A stretch of 64,000 nt of DNA from Candidatus Thalassarchaeaceae archaeon (GTDB lineage Archaea > Thermoplasmatota > Poseidoniia > Poseidoniales > Thalassarchaeaceae), in assembly GCA_023268715.1 (NCBI GenBank), contig JALRLV010000002.1, forward strand, positions 18,737 to 82,736, in the 5' to 3' direction. This document shows, one piece after another, positions 57,302 to 64,000 of the stretch. The notes below the pieces were generated by a model. It was not told the origin of the DNA, made no database searches, and worked only from the letters and a program-made list of their open reading frames with translations. The stretch's first letter is position 1. Every line of letters starts with the position of its first letter. Made by a program: the position numbers and the translations under genes.

Positions 57302-58945
57302 ATGGCGGATTCAGGCGTTTGGATGAGGAGGCTAACGTCGAGGCAGTCTCGACGTCTTGCAATCACCACCGCGTTCTGGTTAATGTTAGGAATTCTACTC
57401 TTTTCAATTCTACAAACATACATCATCACCGGTGAAAAACAGCAGTCTGCTTACGGTGATGATTGGAATGATTTGAACGGATTTAGAGATGAAGTATCGG
57501 ATCTAGGAATTGAAACCACGGCATTAATCTCAAGTCCATTATTGCTAACAGAAATTGATGATCCTGAACAGGCAATTTTTGTTATCTCGGGCGTTGAAAG
57601 AGATACGATTTCTTTACCAAAATTTACAGGAGATGAAAGCATTGTCGATTTCCGAGAGGCTGATGGATACACCAGTTCCGAAATATCTGCAATCAGGGAT
57701 TTTGTTGACGCTGGCGGTACTCTTCTATTGATGGATGATTTTGGTTACTCCGCGAGTCTCGCAGACGAATATGGCTTGACCTACTCGGGCCATCACCTCT
57801 ACGATGGTGAAGCGTGGGCTAAAGAACTAGACTTCAATTTCGTTTGGGTGAACGAAACTTCTGCATTCAATTTTACTTCGACTTCTGGTTCAGTTGCAAT
57901 GGCGATGCATCCGTGTCTGCGAGATGTGGATCTTGATGGAGTAATAGATTTACTTGACGACGAACCATATGACCCGAATGTAGGTGGCGTGATTACAGAG
58001 CAAAATGTTGGACTGTGTGCCCATAGGTGGGATCCAGAAACCGGTGAATGGGACTTTACAGAAAACTACAATCTATTGACAAATTCCCCATCAGCATTTG
58101 AAAAGGATGGAGCGTTCAATCCCGCTGAGAATCGTTATGCCATTAGTGCAAGTACTCTTGATTCATATCTAGATACCAACGATGATGGTAACCTTACAGT
58201 CGGCTTTGAGGCGGCAGGAATAGCAGGGGATGAACAAGGTCCATTTGCTGTTTATGTCAGATACTGTGTAGATAGAATGTGTTTAGATTCTGATTCCGGA
58301 CGAGTTCATTTTGTCAGCGATGGTTCGGTACTAATTAATTCACTTTACAGGGCAGGGCCTGATAGCCCGTACGCCGACTCCGTCCCCTTAAACGATAATC
58401 GCAAGTGGGCTCTAGACATTATCGCTGAAGCTCTACTTCTAGGAAATACGAGCACAAATGCGGGTGAAGAAGCCATCATTATTTTCGATGAATCTCGACA
58501 TCAACAAGAAACTCCAATGGGTGATACCTACAATCTACTATACTACATTCTAGTTTACTTCACCAACGACTGGATGGCCATGCTGATTCTATTCCTAACT
58601 CTCTTTATCGTATTAGAAGCGGTCCTGATTCGCAAGGATGATCCGGAGGATTGGCGTCATGTATTCCGAATTATTTACTACGGATTCGGCGATGCTCGAA
58701 GGTATGACTACTATCAGAGACCTCAGAAAATAAGGCAGGTGTTATTGACGAGAGTTCGTAACCTCAATACTATGTCTCGAGAGGAATTCGATGCGCTACC
58801 TGCTGCTGAATTACAGCGTATTGTCGATGATCCTGTGTTAGTCCAATTTATCTTCGAAGATAGACGATATAAGCCAGATGAGTTGGTTGGAATAATCAAA
58901 CGAATCAAGGCATGGGGTCAAACTACAGAGGAGAGTGATGCCTAA
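57302..58945 (+). CDS. DUF4350-like (GldG/ABC-auxiliary-like) membrane-anchored protein
   Basis: QQSAYGDDWNDL, FVDAGGTLLLMDDFG, SDGSVLIN, IFDESRH; N- and C-terminal TMs; DxDxDG motifs. Confidence 0.7.
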   Translation: MADSGVWMRRLTSRQSRRLAITTAFWLMLGILLFSILQTYIITGEKQQSAYGDDWNDLNGFRDEVSDLGIETTALISSPLLLTEIDDPEQAIFVISGVERDTISLPKFTGDESIVDFREADGYTSSEISAIRDFVDAGGTLLLMDDFGYSASLADEYGLTYSGHHLYDGEAWAKELDFNFVWVNETSAFNFTSTSGSVAMAMHPCLRDVDLDGVIDLLDDEPYDPNVGGVITEQNVGLCAHRWDPETGEWDFTENYNLLTNSPSAFEKDGAFNPAENRYAISASTLDSYLDTNDDGNLTVGFEAAGIAGDEQGPFAVYVRYCVDRMCLDSDSGRVHFVSDGSVLINSLYRAGPDSPYADSVPLNDNRKWALDIIAEALLLGNTSTNAGEEAIIIFDESRHQQETPMGDTYNLLYYILVYFTNDWMAMLILFLTLFIVLEAVLIRKDDPEDWRHVFRIIYYGFGDARRYDYYQRPQKIRQVLLTRVRNLNTMSREEFDALPAAELQRIVDDPVLVQFIFEDRRYKPDELVGIIKRIKAWGQTTEESDA

Positions 58946-60198
58946 TGTGGACACGTAAGGCAGCAATCATGCTGACCAGTGGTATTTCTCTAATATTGAT
59001 TGGAATGATGATATCTCATTTCCAATTGATGATAATCGGTCTGACCTTCATCGCTTTCTTAGTAATTAATGGCTGGGTGACGGGTCACTCAGACCTCGAG
59101 ATTACTAGAAATATTTCAGCTCAAAACGTGTATAAGGGAGACGATATCTTAGTTGAAGTCAGCGTCACGAACAACTCGTATCGTAGAACTCAATTGCTAG
59201 AGGTATTCGACAATGTCCCTCATGAGATGAAAATGAGGCGGGGAATCAATCAGATGAGAATGAATCTCGGTCCCGGACAATCCGCTACAATGCGATATAC
59301 TGTTCGTTGCCCACTCCGTGGTCATTACACCGTGGGGCCAGTTTCTGTCCGTCATCGTAACGCATTCAATCTCTTTGTCAATGAATCAAAAGTTGACGAT
59401 AGAACCGACATTACGGTTTTTCCACAAGTTCGTGAAGTTGAGGAAGCCCTACTTCGGTCCAATGTGCCAAAAATGTATACCGGGGCAACAACTCTGAAAA
59501 CTCCTGGCCAAGGAATGGAATTCTATTCGCTGCGTGAGTACCTGCCCGGAGATTCCTTCCGAATGATTAACTGGAAGGCATTTGCTAGAACTGGAGAATT
59601 GATGGTCAATGAAAAGACTCGTGACGCTGTTACAGACGTGTTCATCATTCTTGACACTAGAGACGTTGCAAGGATAGGAACAGTCCTCAAGAATCCATTG
59701 GAGATGGGTACTGTAGCGGCTGCTTCGATTGCAAATTATTTCATTCGCCGCCGTGATTCTGTTTCGATAGTCACCTATGGTGATAGGATGAACTACCTTC
59801 CACCAGAAACGGGTGATAAACAGTACTACAAGACTCTGAGTATGCTTGCTGGCGTAACTTCCAAAGGCAGTATGCCATTGCAAGCGGTGACCAATGCAAT
59901 GAGTTCTCGAATCAGTCGAGGATCTCCGGTATTCATCATAAGTAGCCTTGAAGGTGATGGAACAACACTCCCTGCAATCCGAAACCTTGCGGGTAAAGGC
60001 CACGAGGTCATCGTTCTGTCACCATCAAGCATCGACCTTGAGAGATTGGTAAGTAGAATACCAAGAATGTCCTATGAGGTACTCAAACTGGAGAGACAGA
60101 ACAGATTAACGGCAATTTCAGGATATGGAGCAAAGGTCATCGATTGGATGCCAGATATTGAGTTATCACAGGCTTTGCTACAGGTTAAGTCGGCATGA
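58945..60198 (+). CDS. DUF58 (vWA-related) membrane protein
   Basis: EFYSLREYLPGDSFRMINWKAFAR, RGHY, IILD. Confidence 0.88.
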   Translation: MWTRKAAIMLTSGISLILIGMMISHFQLMIIGLTFIAFLVINGWVTGHSDLEITRNISAQNVYKGDDILVEVSVTNNSYRRTQLLEVFDNVPHEMKMRRGINQMRMNLGPGQSATMRYTVRCPLRGHYTVGPVSVRHRNAFNLFVNESKVDDRTDITVFPQVREVEEALLRSNVPKMYTGATTLKTPGQGMEFYSLREYLPGDSFRMINWKAFARTGELMVNEKTRDAVTDVFIILDTRDVARIGTVLKNPLEMGTVAAASIANYFIRRRDSVSIVTYGDRMNYLPPETGDKQYYKTLSMLAGVTSKGSMPLQAVTNAMSSRISRGSPVFIISSLEGDGTTLPAIRNLAGKGHEVIVLSPSSIDLERLVSRIPRMSYEVLKLERQNRLTAISGYGAKVIDWMPDIELSQALLQVKSA

Positions 60199-60210
60199 GG
60201 GTGTGAAGAT

Positions 60211-61428
60211 ATGGCAATGGAAACAGTACCACCAAGTCAGACATTACATATTCCTCGTTTACGCCGTCGCTGGCAAATTCTATGCCTACAGATAATCGCT
60301 ACAGCCGCTCTACTTGCTTTATTTTTCAGGATGACTGAAGTATACGGCCCGTGTGATGATGGATTCCTAGAAGACGGCAACAATTGGTGTCCTTCTTACG
60401 AACATACTAGAGGTCTAATGTGGGTTAATGACCAAACCTCTTTCCAAAATAATGCACTCTCGGGAAGTGATGGTTTGATTCTACCCCGAGGATTGACTGG
60501 AATCGACTCAACAGGCTTTGCAAGTCAGGTTGCTCCACTTACTATGTGCTTCCTTATTGCAGGATTGTGGATGCTCTATCAAGCTAGAGATGAAAAGGTA
60601 AAGCAGTGGACTCGCAGAGGTTTTACCGGGGCTATCGTACTATGGGCCCTCGTTCCATTCATCCTAGATTGGTTTGATGAGATTGGAGTTATCGGTTTTC
60701 ATCTTCCATTGCAGCACATAGGTTCTCTATTCCAACCACTACAATTAGCAATTGAGCTATTCTTCGTTGGGATTGTCTTCGCACCCATATTGGCCGGGTT
60801 AATCGGTATCTGGAGCCTATCTCGTAGGGCACTTACTTGGTCAGTTGGCTTCTTTTTGATGGTTATCGGAGTACACGCGTTACTTACCTTCCAAGGAATA
60901 ACAGATACAGTGGCCGGTATTGGCCTCAAGCCGCTGCCAGCGCAAATTGGCGAAGCGACCCTGTATGGTGGACTTATTTCTCCATTAACGCTTGATTTAC
61001 TAGGAATAGCTATTCTGATACTGCTATTTCACGAGGCCGGCAATGCCGTTATTGTTCATCTTGAGTATGCGGTGATGTTACCAGATGCTAGTAAGTCCGA
61101 TCCAGAATATGTACGTCAATTCAACAATGTAGTGAATAGTCACCTGTTGCATACAGTTGCAATTATTGGCGGTGTAGCCATTACTACTGCACTCGCACTC
61201 GAGTTTGATGCACTAATGCTCGATATATTGGCAGTAATGGAAGGTGGGCAATGGAGTGGACAAGTTTCCGAGTCCCTTGAGTTGCAATTGACATACGGGA
61301 AGGTTATCTCAGCTGGGTTATTCCTATTGGCGGTGGCTGGAATGAGATATGTGGTGCCATGGCAGAGGGTTAGCGGTCTAATCGAAACTGGAATTGCTAG
61401 TCTCCGCGGTACAAGATTGGATTCCTAA
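60211..61428 (+). CDS. Hypothetical multi-pass membrane protein
   Basis: About 8 TM segments; SLELQLTYG; co-oriented with DUF58. Confidence 0.7.
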   Translation: MAMETVPPSQTLHIPRLRRRWQILCLQIIATAALLALFFRMTEVYGPCDDGFLEDGNNWCPSYEHTRGLMWVNDQTSFQNNALSGSDGLILPRGLTGIDSTGFASQVAPLTMCFLIAGLWMLYQARDEKVKQWTRRGFTGAIVLWALVPFILDWFDEIGVIGFHLPLQHIGSLFQPLQLAIELFFVGIVFAPILAGLIGIWSLSRRALTWSVGFFLMVIGVHALLTFQGITDTVAGIGLKPLPAQIGEATLYGGLISPLTLDLLGIAILILLFHEAGNAVIVHLEYAVMLPDASKSDPEYVRQFNNVVNSHLLHTVAIIGGVAITTALALEFDALMLDILAVMEGGQWSGQVSESLELQLTYGKVISAGLFLLAVAGMRYVVPWQRVSGLIETGIASLRGTRLDS

Positions 61429-61433
61429 ATCCC

Positions 61434-61685
61434 TCATCTAATTCCGAGTAAATTCTCAAAAATTAGAACTATTTGATTAGAAATATAGAGGGTGGCTAAT
61501 CCAAGGATAATGAAAGCAACCGGGTTAGCCCACCACCCTATTTGAGGTTCAATAGCAGAAACCACCTCGTTACTTATTTGCCAAGCCCCGAATATACAAG
61601 CAAAGAGGACGAATCTATCCATCCAAGGCGAGGTCTTCTTTCCGGCTTTATTTGCCCTATTGGGTAGGTTGCCAACCTCGCTCAT
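61434..61685 (-). CDS. Small 2-TM hypothetical protein
   Basis: MSEVGNLP...; ATG 61685 avoids overlap with ttuA. Confidence 0.5.
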   Translation of the reverse strand: MSEVGNLPNRANKAGKKTSPWMDRFVLFACIFGAWQISNEVVSAIEPQIGWWANPVAFIILGLATLYISNQIVLIFENLLGIR

Positions 61686-61790
61686 GGTTAGGTTGTGAAA
61701 AATATCGCCAATATATGCACCGATTGGCCTTATTCCTATTCTACATGCAATATCAGTTGGGTTCAAGCCACAGAGGTCAGCCCGCAGGTT

Positions 61791-62795
61791 ATGGCCGCAG
61801 GTATCGACATAGAGGCATGCAGTCGCTGTGACAAGCCCGCTATATTGCACCAAGAATACAGCGGCCAACACTTCTGCGCCTATCACCTGAGGCAATCGAT
61901 TAGAAAGCGAGTGTCCAAAGATTTGCGTAGTCAATTGGTCTTGCCCAAAAACGCCAATCACGAGGATGGTCGGCCATTCACAATTCTGGCCTGCGTCTCC
62001 GGTGGTAAGGATTCTGCAGTGTTATTGGATATGCTGGTGGATATTATTGGAAAGCGACGCGATGTGAAAATCATCGCCGGTTGTGTTGATGAGGGAATAG
62101 ATGGATACAGATCACCTTCATTGGAATGTGCAAGGGAATTAGCCGAATCCTTGTCAATCGATTTTGTTACTTTATCTTATGAAGAAATGGGTTATGAAAG
62201 AATGGACAAAGTCGTACAAAGAATGCCGATTATTGCCAATAATCATGATGAGGCGAAAGGAATGATGCCTTGCTCATATTGTGGTGTTTTTCGCAGGCAA
62301 AGTCTCAACGCCCTTGCCGAAAAAGTACAAGCAGATGTTATGGCGCTAGGGCATAACCTCGACGATATGGCTCAATCGATATTGATGAATTTGCAAAAGG
62401 GCGAGATAGAGCGAAGTGTAAGACTCGCCCCACACACAGACACTCCAATCGAAGGACTAGCGCCGCGGATAGTTCCGTTACGTTGGGTGCCTGAACAGGA
62501 AATTCATGCTTATGCCTTCTCCAAGGGACTTCCAATTCATCATGGAGATTGTCCTCATGCACCTGGAGCAATGAGACAACAAAGCCGGGCAATTGTAGCC
62601 TCTTTGGAGGCCCAAAGTCCGGGTGCTCGTCACGGATTGCTTCACGCTTTGGAACAGATTAGGCAGTTATACCGAGAGGCAAGAGGGAGCCATCAGTCGG
62701 ATGTTACAAACTGTCAACAATGTGGGGAAATAACAAGTCGCCCAATCTGCCAATCCTGTATCATGAAAGAATGGTTAGCGGAATCCTCTCTGTGA
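61791..62795 (+). CDS. ttuA: tRNA 2-thiolation protein TtuA/Ncs6 (TIGR00269-like)
   Basis: CSRC...C..H, SGGKDS, CSYCG, GHNLDD, CPH, C-terminal CxxC...CxxC. Confidence 0.88.
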   Translation: MAAGIDIEACSRCDKPAILHQEYSGQHFCAYHLRQSIRKRVSKDLRSQLVLPKNANHEDGRPFTILACVSGGKDSAVLLDMLVDIIGKRRDVKIIAGCVDEGIDGYRSPSLECARELAESLSIDFVTLSYEEMGYERMDKVVQRMPIIANNHDEAKGMMPCSYCGVFRRQSLNALAEKVQADVMALGHNLDDMAQSILMNLQKGEIERSVRLAPHTDTPIEGLAPRIVPLRWVPEQEIHAYAFSKGLPIHHGDCPHAPGAMRQQSRAIVASLEAQSPGARHGLLHALEQIRQLYREARGSHQSDVTNCQQCGEITSRPICQSCIMKEWLAESSL

Positions 62796-62799
62796 TTTT

Positions 62800-63837
62800 T
62801 CAAGTGTGGAATCTATGAGGGCTGGATACGTGATTTATTCCTGCGGTAGAATCTACCATGCCTCGTTCGATAGAATGTTTATCAGATAACGCCTGTTTGA
62901 TTGAATTTACAGGGGCGCATGGAATACCATCGAGTAAAGCTTCCAATTCACTAGACGCGAACTCAATTACAGATTTTGAAATTAATTCATCTACCGATGC
63001 TCTATCTTCAACACGTTGAGCATTTTTGGACCAATTAGACTCTTCCGGAATTTCTAATCTCAATGCCTCGACCAATTTCATCCATTGCTCATCTGAGCCT
63101 ACTGCAATAACAAAATCACCGTCTAAAGTTGAATAAGCTCGATATGGCACTAGATTTGGATGCGAAGTCCCCATCGTTGTAGGATTAATTCCAGAAATTA
63201 TTGCGTTCTGAGCTTGATTAACCAGCAAATCCAAAGCACAATCCCAGAGGGATAAGGTCAGTTTAGCACCAATTCCTTGTTTCTCTCTTCTGTAAAGGGC
63301 TGCAAGAATTGCGGAACTAGCATGCAAACCGGTTGCAACATCAATTACTGCAACTCCAACTTTAGCGGTATTCCCATTTTCGTCCCCTGTAATAGACATC
63401 AATCCACTACGTGCCTGCATTACAATGTCGTAACCACCTTCTGTAGATCTTGGACCGTCATTTCCGTAGGCGCTAATGCTGCAAACAATCGCATTTTCTG
63501 GCCATGACTCAAACCATTCTTCGAATTTACCAGGGCGGAAATTTTCGATAATTATGTCTGAATCGGAAATCAAATTCCTGACATCTTCCAAATCGCTTTG
63601 AATCTTGAGATTTTTTCTAATTACTGATTTTCCTAAATTAACAGAAGTCCAATATGCTGCGACTTGGTCATTTTCTATCTCTGTAAATGGAGGTCCCCAT
63701 CCTCTGGTATCATCACCCCAAGGTGCTTCAACTCTCAGAACAGTTGCTCCTAAATCAGAAAGTAACTTTGCAGTATAAGGTCCAGCTAATACTCTGGATA
63801 AATCGAGAACCCTTACACCCTCTAAAGGTCTAAACAT
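62800..63837 (-). CDS. CaiB/BaiF family III CoA-transferase
   Basis: PLEGVRVLDLSRVLAGP, GDDTRGWGPP, ENFRPG, GYD, GLMSITG, IDVATG. Confidence 0.92.
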   Translation of the reverse strand: MFRPLEGVRVLDLSRVLAGPYTAKLLSDLGATVLRVEAPWGDDTRGWGPPFTEIENDQVAAYWTSVNLGKSVIRKNLKIQSDLEDVRNLISDSDIIIENFRPGKFEEWFESWPENAIVCSISAYGNDGPRSTEGGYDIVMQARSGLMSITGDENGNTAKVGVAVIDVATGLHASSAILAALYRREKQGIGAKLTLSLWDCALDLLVNQAQNAIISGINPTTMGTSHPNLVPYRAYSTLDGDFVIAVGSDEQWMKLVEALRLEIPEESNWSKNAQRVEDRASVDELISKSVIEFASSELEALLDGIPCAPVNSIKQALSDKHSIERGMVDSTAGINHVSSPHRFHT

Positions 63838-63902
63838 ATATTCCGCTTGATGAGAAAGTGCATCAATAGTTGTATGCTGATGGCTTGTAAATGCACTAAT
63901 TT

Positions 63903-64000
63903 TCAGTAGAATTTGACTTCCACTTCCATCTCTTGACTAACCGATTTGTGAACAGGACAGGCCAAGCCTCGCTTGATTAACCACTCCCTGTCTTCACTAT
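63903..64000 (-). CDS. OsmC-family protein, C-terminal fragment (truncated by window edge)
   Basis: Hand translation ...SEDREWLIKRGLACPVHKSVSQEMEVEVKFY*; CPVHKS is typical of OsmC/YhfA C-termini. Confidence 0.65.
   Translation of the reverse strand, partial: SEDREWLIKRGLACPVHKSVSQEMEVEVKFY

Noticed and set aside
61686-61961. Head-to-head overlap between the 175-aa minus ORF and ttuA
   Set aside because: Downstream ATGs (61685 and 61791) remove the overlap.
414-63507. Many 60-200 aa ORFs antisense to or nested within long genes (e.g. 16626-17249, 24383-24904, 38069-38602, 59449-60003)
   Set aside because: They are shadows of well-supported genes and have no motifs or SD support.
1-64000. 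tRNA, rRNA, CRISPR array, transposase or integrase
   Set aside because: Intergenic gaps are short; I saw no cloverleaf with T-loop, regularly spaced repeats or mobile-element ORFs. No covariance search was run.

Overview
A 64-kb, gene-dense archaeal chromosome segment. It most likely comes from Marine Group II Thermoplasmatota (Ca. Poseidoniales); this is inferred from gene content (aIF-1A/RIO1/Dim2 cluster, CDC48, Hjc-like nuclease, MC1, GGAGG/GGTGA Shine-Dalgarno sites, acidic Ig-repeat surface proteins) and was not checked by a database search. In order: (1) a cell-surface cluster of four genes: a giant repeat protein with a PEP-CTERM-like tail, a small membrane-anchored protein, a KP-43-like S8 protease with Ig-like stalk, TM helix and cytoplasmic RING/PHD-like finger, and an Ig-repeat protein; (2) an Fpo/Nuo-like complex I operon (A,B,C,D,H,I,J1,J2,K,L,M,N) with no NuoEFG; (3) aIF-1A-RIO1-Dim2 and a DUF63-like protein; (4) a methylcrotonyl-CoA carboxylase/hydratase (leucine catabolism) cluster; (5) serS, a presenilin-type protease, folC, dCMP deaminase, a P-loop kinase, Lhr helicase, a PLC-like lipoprotein, signal peptidase I and a site-2 protease; (6) Hjc-like, YqgF-like, macrodomain, AsnC and MC1 genes; (7) an actinobacterial Sdh1-type succinate dehydrogenase, a 35-aa CPxCG zinc-finger microprotein missing from the ORF track, and an ALDH; (8) CDC48-PRC barrel-DUF4350-DUF58-membrane protein, TtuA/Ncs6, a CaiB CoA-transferase and a partial OsmC gene. 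I saw no rRNA, tRNA, CRISPR array or mobile element. Several intergenic hairpins share a conserved C[AG]CGAC...GTCG[TC] base. Start codons were adjusted from the ORF track where an SD site supported it.
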